From Spirochaetia bacterium (GTDB taxonomy: Bacteria > Spirochaetota > Spirochaetia > SZUA-6 > Bin103), in assembly GCA_965208575.1 (NCBI GenBank), contig CBDBOV010000003.1, forward strand, positions 768,001-832,000: 64,000 nt of DNA, read 5' to 3'. The notes under the pieces were generated by a model. The model searched no databases, had not been told where the DNA came from, and was given only the letters and a program-made list of their open reading frames with translations. Position 1 is the first letter of the stretch. Each line of letters begins with the position of its first letter. Positions 1 through 9,205 of the stretch are shown here, piece after piece. The translations under genes were made by a program, and so were the position numbers.

Positions 1-747
1 CAGCTCGGCGCCGACTTCGCTGGCCAGAAACACGTGCTCGTAGAACGCGGAGTTGAACACGCCCGGGGTCAACAGCGCGAGCGCAGGGTCGGAGCGGCCC
101 CTGGGATCGAGTTCGCGCAGCGTAGACAGCAGCTCGCGTCCGTAATGTTCCACGTCGCGCACGCGCGATGCGCGGTACAGACGGCGAAAGCTCGCCTTCG
201 TCGCCTTGCGGTTGGCAAGCATGTACGACACGCCGGAAGGCACGCGCAGGTTGTCTTCGAGGACGCGGAAGCCGTCGCGGGTGCGCACCAGGTCGGTGCC
301 GCAGATCGATACCCACGTTCCTGCGGGCGGGGAGAATCCGCGCATCTCGATGCGGTACTGCGGGCAGTCGCGCACCACGTCGACCGGGATCACGCCGTCC
401 TCGACGATCCTGGCCGGACCGTAGACGTCGCTCAGAAACAGGTTGAGCGCCTTGAGCCGTTGCGTGAGCCCCGCCTCCAGTTCGCTCCAGTCGGCGCTCG
501 ACATCACCCGCGGGATGCTGTCGATGGGGATGATGCGCTCGTCCGCCTGGTCGTCGGCGTACACGGTGAAGGTGATTCCCTCGTTGCGGAACGAGCGCGT
601 GACCTGCTCCTGGATGGTGGCCAGGGCCTCGCGGGACAGCGAGGTCAGCGTGTCGTACAGGCCGCCCGAGTGCGCGCGCGGGGTACCGTCCGAGGCGAAC
701 ATCTCGTCGTAGATGGTGGGATCGAGGTCGTAGTCGTCGAAATCCAA
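1..747 (-). CDS. Circularly permuted type 2 ATP-grasp protein (3' end runs off the left edge)
   Basis: Manual minus-strand translation from TTG at 747: LDFDDYDLDPTIYDEMF...GITFTVY...ERIIPIDSIPRV...GLTQRLKALNLFLSDVY...GTDLVR...VLEDNLRVPSGVSYML...LLTPGVFNSAFYEH, the hallmark motifs of this family. Absent from the ORF track because it has no stop in the window. Confidence 0.88.
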   Translation of the reverse strand, partial: MDFDDYDLDPTIYDEMFASDGTPRAHSGGLYDTLTSLSREALATIQEQVTRSFRNEGITFTVYADDQADERIIPIDSIPRVMSSADWSELEAGLTQRLKALNLFLSDVYGPARIVEDGVIPVDVVRDCPQYRIEMRGFSPPAGTWVSICGTDLVRTRDGFRVLEDNLRVPSGVSYMLANRKATKASFRRLYRASRVRDVEHYGRELLSTLRELDPRGRSDPALALLTPGVFNSAFYEHVFLASEVGAEL

Positions 748-908
748 TTAACGCCTCTGCACTGCGCCCACAGAGTTGCGCAATCCTACCACCGTGTCGA
801 GCACGATGCACCCCCCGGTACCCTTAACCCGCCGAACTGTTGCGACGCGCGCCCGCACGGGTCTGTACACTTGGCACGGCGGCGGCAGTGTGTGCTATGC
901 ATGCGCAC

Positions 909-1145
909 ATGCGGTTGCACATAACTCTGGAAGATGAGTTGGTGGCCGAGCTGGACCGGCGTGCAGGGGCGCGCCGACGGAGTGCATTCGTCGGGCAGTT
1001 GGTACGGCGCGCGCTGGAGGACGAGCGGCGCCGGGACGACATCGAAGCGGCGCTCGGCTCGATTGCCGACTCCGGGCACGAGTGGGACGACAACCCGGCG
1101 GCATGGGTGCGCGGCCAGCGCCGGGAGGACGTGAGCCGATGCTGA
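909..1145 (+). CDS. Ribbon-helix-helix (CopG-like) protein, antitoxin-like
   Basis: MRLHITLEDELVAELDRRAGARRRSAFVGQLVRRAL has the beta-alpha-alpha RHH pattern; 78 aa; the tail (ALGSI...AAWVR) is typical of VapB-type antitoxins. Confidence 0.7.
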   Translation: MRLHITLEDELVAELDRRAGARRRSAFVGQLVRRALEDERRRDDIEAALGSIADSGHEWDDNPAAWVRGQRREDVSRC

Positions 1146-1924
1146 CCGTTGAAGAGTTGCGCTTCTTCAAGCGCAACGGGTACCTGGTCAAGCGCGGCGT
1201 CATGGACGCGGCGCTGATGGCCCGGGCCCGCGAGTCGCTGTGGGAAGAGCCGCCGCGGTCGCTGAAGCGGGATGATCCGAATACGTGGGTCGGTCCGCTG
1301 CCGGCCGGCGACCTGTCCAAGGACCCGGACAGCGTGCGCGGCGAGTACCACTGGAAGTACCGCCGGGTCGGCGCCGAGCCATGGATCGTGCGCATGCTGG
1401 CCACCGACCCCGCCATCTTCGCCATGGCGGAGCAGATGCTCGGCGCCGGCGAGCTGCAGCCGCCGGAGCGCATCCGCGGCATCTACTGCATCCTGCCGTT
1501 CGGCGACCGCCCGCGCCCGCCGGTCGGCTGCCACTGCGACGGCCATCCCTTCCACCTCGGCGTGGTGGGCTACATCGACGACGTGGCGCCAGGCGGCGGC
1601 GGCTTCCACGTATGGCCGGGCAGCCACCGCGCGTTCTACCACACTTTCCGCACCGGCTACGTGCACGAGCCGGCCGAGGCGCACGACGCCGCCACCGAGC
1701 GCGTCAACCGGGACACGCCGCCGGTGGAATGCCACGGCAAGGCCGGCGACGTGGTGTTCTGGCACCACCGCCTTGGCCACATGGCGGGGCACAACTACTC
1801 GTCGCACATCCGCCAGGCCGTGCTGTACGACTACTGCAAGCGCGACCTGGAACAGGTCCAGGACCAGCCGCCGGCCGCCGACATGTGGCAGCACTGGTCC
1901 CCCGAACTGCGCGCCATTCGGTAG
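1139..1924 (+). CDS. Phytanoyl-CoA dioxygenase (PhyH) family Fe(II)/2OG oxygenase
   Basis: N-terminus LTVEELRFFKRNGYLV, HCD iron motif, GGGFHVWPGSH, GDVVFWHHRLGH. Confidence 0.85.
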   Translation: MLTVEELRFFKRNGYLVKRGVMDAALMARARESLWEEPPRSLKRDDPNTWVGPLPAGDLSKDPDSVRGEYHWKYRRVGAEPWIVRMLATDPAIFAMAEQMLGAGELQPPERIRGIYCILPFGDRPRPPVGCHCDGHPFHLGVVGYIDDVAPGGGGFHVWPGSHRAFYHTFRTGYVHEPAEAHDAATERVNRDTPPVECHGKAGDVVFWHHRLGHMAGHNYSSHIRQAVLYDYCKRDLEQVQDQPPAADMWQHWSPELRAIR

Positions 1925-2013
1925 TTGATCGTGTTGCAGGTTGTTGCAGTGGGGCTGCCTGGAACAGACGCTCGAGTCTGGCGATAATGGTAACAACTCA
2001 AGGAGAGTAACGA

Positions 2014-3057
2014 ATGGCAACTGCAATCACGGCGCCGGCCACCTCGGCGGCGACCACCACCCTGTTCAACAAGACCCTCGGCTGCCTGCTCGGCGGCCTG
2101 ATCGGCGACGCCATCGGCACGCCCGCGGAGGGCAAGCCGTACGAAGTGCTGAAGGCGCACGGCTGGATCGACGACTTCGACGACGACGGCACCGACGACA
2201 CGATCATGAAGCACCTGCTCGCCGATGCGCTGATCCGCACCGGCGGGCACGCCACCATCGACGACTGGGCGGCCGTCTGGCTGGACCGCTGGGACGACAT
2301 CTTCGGCGCCAAGCTGAACAAGTTCTTCCCGTCGGTGACCCATACCGCGCAGAAGCTGCGCCGCCACTCGGTGCCGCGCATGGCGGCGCTCGGCAACATG
2401 CCGAGCTCCAGCACCGCCATGTGCTTTTCGCCGGTGGGCATCGTCAACGCCTGCAACCCGCGCTCCGCGGCGCTGCAGGGCTACAACCTGGCGGCGCTGA
2501 TCCACGGTCACGACGTCGGCTTCTGCCAGGACGCCGCCGTGGCGATGGCCGCCGGCGTCGCCGAGGCGTTCCGCTCCGGCGCCAGCGTGGCATCCGTGGT
2601 GGCCGCCACCCAGGACTACATTGTCCAGGACAGCGGCGCCGAGATGCTCGACCTGATCGGCCGCTTCCTGGAGCTGGCGCGCGAGGACGGCGACTACGAG
2701 GGCTTCCGCGAGCGCGCCTACGCGAACGCGGACACCCTGTTCCGGCGCATCGGCTGCGACTCCCGCGAGACGGTGCCGGTGACCGTGGCGCTGTTCGAGC
2801 TGGCCGGGGGCGACGTCGAGAAGTGCGTGACCTACGGCGCCAACTTCGGCCGCGACGCCGACACCATCGCCACCATGTGCGGCGCCCTCGGCGGCGCCCT
2901 GAACGGGGTCGACGGCATCCGCGCCGACTGGGTGGAGAAGGCGCAGCGCCTCACCGCCACCGACCAGCAGGAATTGGCCCACGACCTGGTGCGCACCGCG
3001 GTAGCCAAGATCCGCGACCGCAAGGCGGCCATCTCCGAGTTCGGCAAGATCGCCTGA
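2014..3057 (+). CDS. ADP-ribosylglycohydrolase family protein
   Basis: GCLLGGLIGDAIGTPAEG, GTDDT and GRDADTIATMCGALGGA metal-binding motifs; RBS AAGGAG upstream. Confidence 0.88.
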   Translation: MATAITAPATSAATTTLFNKTLGCLLGGLIGDAIGTPAEGKPYEVLKAHGWIDDFDDDGTDDTIMKHLLADALIRTGGHATIDDWAAVWLDRWDDIFGAKLNKFFPSVTHTAQKLRRHSVPRMAALGNMPSSSTAMCFSPVGIVNACNPRSAALQGYNLAALIHGHDVGFCQDAAVAMAAGVAEAFRSGASVASVVAATQDYIVQDSGAEMLDLIGRFLELAREDGDYEGFRERAYANADTLFRRIGCDSRETVPVTVALFELAGGDVEKCVTYGANFGRDADTIATMCGALGGALNGVDGIRADWVEKAQRLTATDQQELAHDLVRTAVAKIRDRKAAISEFGKIA

Positions 3058-3118
3058 CGCGGGGATACACTCTGATGTCGCGCCGCCCTGGGCGGCGGCG
3101 CGGCACATCGGGAGGAGC

Positions 3119-4084
3119 ATGGCAAACAACCAGTCGACCGCAACCACGCCCGCGGTCACGAGCGCACCGCCGCTGAACGCCAAGTGGCGCAAGATCACCG
3201 TCAACTGGCAGCTCTACCTGCTGTGCGTTCTGCCGATCGCCTGGCTGATCATCTTCATGTACATCCCGATGTACGGGAACCTGATCGCCTTCAAGCGCTA
3301 CGTCCCGACCCTCGGCGTGCTCGGCAGCCCCTGGGTCGGGTTCGACAACTTCATCCGCTTCTTCAAGTCCTACCGCTTCTTCCAGGTGCTGTGGAACACC
3401 TTCTACCTGAGCTTCTACGACCTGCTCGTCGGCTTCCCGATCCCGATCGCGCTCGCCCTGGTGCTGCACTACATGCCGATCGCGCGCTACAAGAAGACCG
3501 TACAGATGGTCACCTACGCGCCGCACTTCATCTCGACGGTGGTGATGGTGGGGATCATCTTCAAGCTCGGCTCGCAGCGCATCGGGCTGGTCAACGTGAT
3601 GCTCGCGGGGCTGGGACTGCCGGAAGTCAACTTCCTGGGCAGCTCACAGTTGTTCGGGCACGTGTTCGTGTGGACCAACGTGTGGCAGCAGATGGGCTGG
3701 GGCACCATCATCTACCTGGCGGCGCTGTCGGCGGTCGATCCCGAGCTGCACGAGTCGGCCACCGTGGACGGCGCCTCCATCTGGCAGCGGATGCGCCACA
3801 TCGACATACCCGGCATCCTGCCCACGGTGATCATTCTGCTGATCCTGCGCGCCGGCATGATCCTGCAGGTCGGCTTCGAGAAGGTGTTCCTGCTGCAGAA
3901 CAACCTCAACATCGAGGCGTCGGAGGTGATCCAGACCTACGTCTACAAGATCGGGATCGCCAGCCGCAACCCGAACTTCCACTACGCCACCGCGATCGGG
4001 TTGTTCCAGAACGTGGTGATGTTCCTGATGCTGATCGCGGTCAACCGGATCGCCCGGCGCGTATCCGACACCTCGCTCTGGTAG
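3119..4084 (+). CDS. Carbohydrate ABC transporter permease (LplB-like)
   Basis: YIPMYG, SPWVGFDNF, YAPHFISTVV and EAA-loop ELHESATVDGAS; multiple TM segments. Confidence 0.92.
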   Translation: MANNQSTATTPAVTSAPPLNAKWRKITVNWQLYLLCVLPIAWLIIFMYIPMYGNLIAFKRYVPTLGVLGSPWVGFDNFIRFFKSYRFFQVLWNTFYLSFYDLLVGFPIPIALALVLHYMPIARYKKTVQMVTYAPHFISTVVMVGIIFKLGSQRIGLVNVMLAGLGLPEVNFLGSSQLFGHVFVWTNVWQQMGWGTIIYLAALSAVDPELHESATVDGASIWQRMRHIDIPGILPTVIILLILRAGMILQVGFEKVFLLQNNLNIEASEVIQTYVYKIGIASRNPNFHYATAIGLFQNVVMFLMLIAVNRIARRVSDTSLW

Positions 4085-4091
4085 GCTGCAC

Positions 4092-5024
4092 GTGCTGAAG
4101 GCACTCACCGGCGCGGGCGGCATCCGCTACTCGAAGGAAGACCGCCTGTTCTACGTGCTCGACTTCATCGTGCTCACGATCGTCTTCGTGCTGGTCATCT
4201 ATCCGCTCATCTACATCCTGAGTTCAAGCTTCTCCGACAAGCTTGCGGTCATGGCGGGCCGCGTCATCCTGTGGCCGATCAAACCCTCGCTGGAAGGGTA
4301 CCAGGCGGTGTTCGAGTTCGACGAGGTGTGGGTCGGCTACTACAACACGATCATTTACACGGTGTTCGGCACGGCGCTGAACGTGTTCATGACCATGATC
4401 GTCGCCTACCCGCTGTCGCGCCGCGACTTCGTGGGCCGCAACCTGATCATGTTCGCCTTTACCTTCACGCTGTTCTTTCACGGCGGCCTGATTCCCACCT
4501 ACCTGCTGATCCGCAGCCTCGGGCTGATCGACACGCGCGCGGTGATGATCATCCCGTGGGCGATCGCGGTCTACAACGTGATCATTACCCGCACCTTCCT
4601 GCAGTCCTCCATTCCCACGGAACTGTACGAGGCGGCGCGCGTGGACGGCGCGTCCAACATCCGCATGCTGCTGATGATCGTGCTGCCGCTGTCGGGGCCG
4701 ATCATCGCCGTCATCTCGCTGTTCTACGCGGTCGGGCACTGGAATCAGTTCTTCAACGCGCTGATCTACCTGCGCCGCAGCGAACTCAAGCCGCTGCAAC
4801 TGGTGCTGCGCGATATCCTGGTGCTCAACTCGCCGGCCGCGCTGAGCGACCTGATGGCATCGGCCACCCCCGAGGAGCTGGAGGCGCTGCAGCAGCGCGC
4901 GTTTCTGCAGAGCCTGATCCAGTTTGCCCTGATCATCATCGCCACGGCGCCGGTCCTGGTTGCCTACCCGTTCGTGCAGAAGCACTTCGTGCGCGGGGTG
5001 ATGATCGGCGCCATCAAGGGGTAG
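4092..5024 (+). CDS. Carbohydrate ABC transporter permease (LplC-like)
   Basis: GGLIPTY, ELYEAARVDGAS, FYAVGHWNQFF, YPFVQKHFVRGVMIGAIKG. Confidence 0.92.
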   Translation: MLKALTGAGGIRYSKEDRLFYVLDFIVLTIVFVLVIYPLIYILSSSFSDKLAVMAGRVILWPIKPSLEGYQAVFEFDEVWVGYYNTIIYTVFGTALNVFMTMIVAYPLSRRDFVGRNLIMFAFTFTLFFHGGLIPTYLLIRSLGLIDTRAVMIIPWAIAVYNVIITRTFLQSSIPTELYEAARVDGASNIRMLLMIVLPLSGPIIAVISLFYAVGHWNQFFNALIYLRRSELKPLQLVLRDILVLNSPAALSDLMASATPEELEALQQRAFLQSLIQFALIIIATAPVLVAYPFVQKHFVRGVMIGAIKG

Positions 5025-5146
5025 GCGCGGCGCGGGCGCGGCGCGCGGCGCCGAGTCGCATTGACACGCCGGCACCCGGCGGCCGACATTGCGCGGCGAA
5101 TCCAACTTCCAAACCGGTGCCCACGGGCACCAAAAGGAGACCTTGC

Positions 5147-6853
5147 ATGAAGAGAGTCATTCTCGTGCCGGTGCTTGCGGCGCTGGCGGCATTCGCCTTT
5201 GCGGGCGGCGACGGCGAAGGTGCGGCCGGGGAAGGCCCGGCGCTCAATCCGCCCGGCACCTACCCGGTCGTGAACGAGCCCTACTCGTTCACGGCGGTGG
5301 CCTACTACAGCTCCAGCACCTCGACCGGCAACCCGGACGACGTGTGGTTCGCCGACTACATCGCCGACCTCACCGGCATCCGCGTCGACTTCCTGGAGAT
5401 GATCGAGGCCAACAACGCGCAGGAGCGGTTCAACCTGATCCTCGCGTCCGGCGACCTGCCGGAGCTGCTCATTCCGCACGGCACGCTTACCGCGCAGCAG
5501 GTGTTCACGCATGGCCGCAACGGCACGTTCCTGGCGCTCAACGACCTGATCGACGCGCGCATGCCGGAGTACAAGCAGCGCCTCGAGGAAGAGCCGGAAG
5601 TGGCCGACCGCCTCACCATGCCGGACGGCAACATCTACTCCACCGTCGACCTGGAAGCCAACTGCTTCCATTGCCAGTACTCGGTGAAGATGTGGCTGTA
5701 CAAGCCGTGGGTGGACAAGCTCGGCCTGGAGTGGCCGGAGACCACCGAGGACTTCTACAACGTGCTCAAGGCGTTCAAGGAGCAGGATCCCAACGGCAAC
5801 GGCAAGGCGGACGAGGTGCCGCTGCTCGGCGCCACCACGAGCTGGCGCACCGATCCGTTCGGCTTCCTGATGAACTCGTTCGTCTACACGGTGATGCCGC
5901 AGCACCTGAACAACTACGGCTCGTTCCTGGAGCGCGACGGCGACCAGGTGCGCTTCGTGGCCGACACGCCGGAGTGGCGTGAGGGCCTGAAGTACATGCA
6001 CCGCCTGGCGTCCGAGGGGCTGCTCGCCGAGGAGACGTTCGTGTGGCGGCGCGAGGAGAGCCGCCAGTTGGTGGAGAATCCCGAAGCCGAGATGGTGGGC
6101 GCGTATCCGTCCGGCTGGTTTGGCGTATTGACCATCAACGGAGCCGGCACCGGCCGCTTTGCCGGTTTCAAGGCGGTGGCGCCGCTGACCGGCCCGGACG
6201 GCACCAGGCAGGCGTCGTTCTTCCCGTTCTCCATGCGCTACCAGGCGGAAATCACCAACCAGGCCCGCCATCCGCAAGTGATCGCCCAGTACCTGGACTA
6301 CTTCCACCAGTCGGACCCCGAGACTCAGCAGATCGTCGGCGGGCGCCGCGAGGGCATCGAGTGGCGCTACCTCACCGACGACGAGTTGAAGATGGGGCTG
6401 GTCGGACGCGACGGCACTCCCGCCACCATGAAGAACCTGAAGGCGCTGCCGTTCGGCACCGAGCTGCACGAAACCGGCTGGCCGCGCACCGCGCCGGGGC
6501 GCTGGTCGCGCTACGCCTACTCGGCGCTCGATCCGGAGTGGGCGGACGATCCGTCGAAGCAGGAGTACCACCTGATGGTGTGGACGCGCGACCTGATGCA
6601 GCCCTACCGCGTCGAGAAGCACATGACGCCCGACCTGGTGTTCGAGGGCGCGGTGGAGGATGAACTGGTCGACCTGCAGGAGCTGATCACCAGCGCCACC
6701 GGCCTGGTCATGCAGCGCTCCACGCAGTTCGTGCTCGGCGACCTGGACATTCACTCCGACGCCGACTGGAACAACTACGTGGCCGAGCTCGAGCGCGCCG
6801 GCGCCAAGCGCTACGAAGAGATCTGGCAGGAGACCCTGCTGGCCAACATGTAG
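5147..6853 (+). CDS. Extracellular solute-binding protein of the carbohydrate ABC transporter
   Basis: ATG after AAGGAG; signal peptide MKRVILVPVLAALAAFAFAGG; LASGDLPE, PDGNIY, DPNGNGKADEVPL motifs. Confidence 0.9.
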   Translation: MKRVILVPVLAALAAFAFAGGDGEGAAGEGPALNPPGTYPVVNEPYSFTAVAYYSSSTSTGNPDDVWFADYIADLTGIRVDFLEMIEANNAQERFNLILASGDLPELLIPHGTLTAQQVFTHGRNGTFLALNDLIDARMPEYKQRLEEEPEVADRLTMPDGNIYSTVDLEANCFHCQYSVKMWLYKPWVDKLGLEWPETTEDFYNVLKAFKEQDPNGNGKADEVPLLGATTSWRTDPFGFLMNSFVYTVMPQHLNNYGSFLERDGDQVRFVADTPEWREGLKYMHRLASEGLLAEETFVWRREESRQLVENPEAEMVGAYPSGWFGVLTINGAGTGRFAGFKAVAPLTGPDGTRQASFFPFSMRYQAEITNQARHPQVIAQYLDYFHQSDPETQQIVGGRREGIEWRYLTDDELKMGLVGRDGTPATMKNLKALPFGTELHETGWPRTAPGRWSRYAYSALDPEWADDPSKQEYHLMVWTRDLMQPYRVEKHMTPDLVFEGAVEDELVDLQELITSATGLVMQRSTQFVLGDLDIHSDADWNNYVAELERAGAKRYEEIWQETLLANM

Positions 6854-6854
6854 C

Positions 6855-6874
6855 GAAACTGCTGGCAGTTTCTT
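6855..6874 (+). terminator. Possible terminator hairpin after the ABC operon
   Basis: GAAACTGC-TG-GCAGTTTC inverted repeat immediately after the stop, followed by TT; the U-tract is weak. Confidence 0.3.
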
Positions 6875-7133
6875 GCTTGCAGGCTGACGGCCGGGGCACG
6901 CCGACGCGCGCGTCCCGGCCTCTTTGTGCCCGCGCCGCGTCCGTCAGTGCCGCCGCGCCAGGCGCGTCAGGTCAGAGGCAGTCGGGAAGGCCTTCGGTCC
7001 AGCGGCCGAATGGGAGCGACGCCGGTCTGGCCGTCACGGTTGACCCGGCCATCCGCAACCGGTCTCCTCCCATGTTGTCGCCGGCGGTCGGCGATGCCGG
7101 GCTCCGGGCGCGGCGCCTTGCGGCGCCGGGCTG

Positions 7134-7925
7134 TCAGTGTGTCGCGGAGCGCCCGCCGCGCTGCAGCGGGTCCTGGCGGTAGAAGGCGGCGAGTTGCCGG
7201 TACACGCCGGGATATTGCCCGTGTAGCGCATCCGGCTGCTCGAAAAACAGCTCGCTGGTGACGGCGAAGAACTCGGCCGGGTTCTCGGCGGCGTACAGGT
7301 CGACCGCGCCCTCGCGGCCGGCGCGCTCGTCGGCGCAGATCCGCTCGTAGGCGCCGCCGAGCTCGCGGTGCCACGCCTCGGGGTCCATGTCGCGGTGCAG
7401 GGCGGGGCGGCCGTTCATGGCGCCGTCGAGCAGGTCCAGCTTGTGCGCCGCCTCGTGAATCACCACGTTGCAGCCGTGCCCCCAGCCCGACTCCTCCACG
7501 TCTTCCCAGGACAGTACGACCGGCCCCTCGTCCCACGCCTCGCCGGCCAACTCCTCCTCCCACTCGCGCACCACGCCGCTGTCGTCGGTCTCTTCCATCT
7601 CCGCGGCAAACGCCTGCGGCAACAGCACGACGGTGCGCCAGCCGCGGTACCACTCGAAGCCGAGCCCCAGGATCGGCAAACACGCTTGCGCCGCCACTAC
7701 CAGCCGGTACAGCGTCTCGTCCTCCTCCAGGCCGCGCACCTCGAACCGCTTGCGGCGCAGAAACCGCTCCACCAGCTCCTTCAGGCGGGCATCTTCGTCC
7801 GTGGTGAGGCGGGCCAGGATCGGGTGCTGCTCGCGCACCCAGCGCCACTGCTCCGCCGACACCGCCCCGCGCCGCGGGCGGCCGCGGCGCCATGGCCACG
7901 CGCGTCCGGTGCTGGTCTCCGCCAT
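7134..7925 (-). CDS. Zinc-dependent peptidase, MtfA/M90 family
   Basis: QACLPIL, GEAWDEGPVVLSW, NVVIHEAAHKLD (HExxH), YAAENPAEFFAVTSELFFEQP. Confidence 0.9.
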   Translation of the reverse strand: MAETSTGRAWPWRRGRPRRGAVSAEQWRWVREQHPILARLTTDEDARLKELVERFLRRKRFEVRGLEEDETLYRLVVAAQACLPILGLGFEWYRGWRTVVLLPQAFAAEMEETDDSGVVREWEEELAGEAWDEGPVVLSWEDVEESGWGHGCNVVIHEAAHKLDLLDGAMNGRPALHRDMDPEAWHRELGGAYERICADERAGREGAVDLYAAENPAEFFAVTSELFFEQPDALHGQYPGVYRQLAAFYRQDPLQRGGRSATH

Positions 7926-8079
7926 GGGCCGACGCTACCGGGATGTGATCGCTCGCGCAGGCGAGCGAAGATCCGGCAGGCGAGCACGCCGCAGACCGAA
8001 GGGCCAACCGCCCAGGCACGGCTCCGCCGATGCATTCACGATGCTGCCTCCTTGCGGCATCGGGCGATCCGCGCCCCCG

Positions 8080-9060
8080 TCACCGCGGCGCTACGCACGT
8101 CAGAGCCTCCACGCAGCACGCCGTGGTGAAGGCTTCGGAACCGAAGCCAAGGTTCGTGCCGGGCTGACCGAGCCAGGCGAGACACTCCGGCCAGCCGCCG
8201 TCGGCGCGCTGCGCCTCCAGCAGCCGGCCGACCGCCATCCGTACCACCTCCGCCCGAGCATCAGCGCACAGGCGGTGCAACGCCGTCACCGCCTGCGCGG
8301 TGCGCATGATGTCCCCAAACCCGCCGTCCGGCTGCCGGCAGGACAGGATCCGGGCTGCCAGCGCCGCCTGCTGCCGGGCGAACACCGGCGGAGCAAGGCG
8401 GCGCGCGCGGGCCAGCGCCACGTACAGATCGATGGGAAAGGGATAGTAGTGCAGGGAGAGATCTCGTTCGCCGCCGTCCGCGACCAGCGTCTCGAGCCAG
8501 TCTTGCGCCGCGCGCGTCTCCGGACGGTCGCCCAGGTACGCCACGACGTTGGCATTGACCACGGAGTCGACCGGATTCAGGGCGTGGCTCACTCGTTCCG
8601 GCCCGGCCATCCAGGTTCGGAACCGGCCCGCGCGGTCGCGGAACGACGCCAGGAGCGCGACGTTGCGTGCCAGCAGCAGCCAGAGGTGGGGACCGGCCGC
8701 CAGCGAGCAGATCGCGGTGTCGTCGAGGTCGGGCGGGAGCCGGGGCCAGTAGCGCCACACTCCGGGGTATCCGATACAGGCGTGCAGGAACGTCCGGGTG
8801 CGCCGGCGCAGCCGCTCGGCGACCGGGTCGTCACACCCCTGCAGCGCCAGCAACCCGAGTCCGGCGACGAACGGCGGATACTCGGCAGCACCCGGGCCAT
8901 CCATCGCGCGGTTCGCGTGACGCCGCATCGGCCAGGCACCGTGCGCCGTCACGGCGTCCCGGAGAAAGCGCAGGCCACGCGCAATCGCCCCGGCGACAGG
9001 CTCCCCCGGGCCGTCCCGCCGCGCTGTCCGCGGCGGCGCGGGCGGGTCTGCGCACGTCAC
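8080..9060 (-). CDS. Single-domain class II terpene cyclase (prenyltransferase/squalene oxidase repeat; MstE-like)
   Basis: PPDLDDTA (DxDDT protonation motif), VDSVVNANVVAYLG, QW-like repeats RQPDGGFG and QRADGGWP, C-terminal FGSEAFTTACCVEAL; ~330 aa. Start uncertain (GTG 9060 or 9144). Confidence 0.72.
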   Translation of the reverse strand: MTCADPPAPPRTARRDGPGEPVAGAIARGLRFLRDAVTAHGAWPMRRHANRAMDGPGAAEYPPFVAGLGLLALQGCDDPVAERLRRRTRTFLHACIGYPGVWRYWPRLPPDLDDTAICSLAAGPHLWLLLARNVALLASFRDRAGRFRTWMAGPERVSHALNPVDSVVNANVVAYLGDRPETRAAQDWLETLVADGGERDLSLHYYPFPIDLYVALARARRLAPPVFARQQAALAARILSCRQPDGGFGDIMRTAQAVTALHRLCADARAEVVRMAVGRLLEAQRADGGWPECLAWLGQPGTNLGFGSEAFTTACCVEALTCVAPR

Positions 9061-9205
9061 CGTGCAACGCTCGTGGCCGCGCGGCGCAGCCCGCTCTCGC
9101 GGTCCGGCGGTGGAGTGCAGGCTGGTGCAGGTTGGTCTCGCCAAAACGCCGGTCTCCGTTGGGCACTCGCACCCTGCTGCCTTGACCGCGGAAACGGAGA
9201 CCCGG

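Noticed and set aside
7134-7925. MtfA-like peptidase as part of the RiPP pathway
   Set aside because: Co-oriented and ~150 bp downstream of the cyclase, but it is a widespread stand-alone gene and the cluster already has a C39 protease; no positive evidence.
8080-9144. Squalene-hopene cyclase or its pseudogene
   Set aside because: Only one domain long with an intact ORF, no hpn genes nearby, and in an operon with P450s and RiPP-linked genes.
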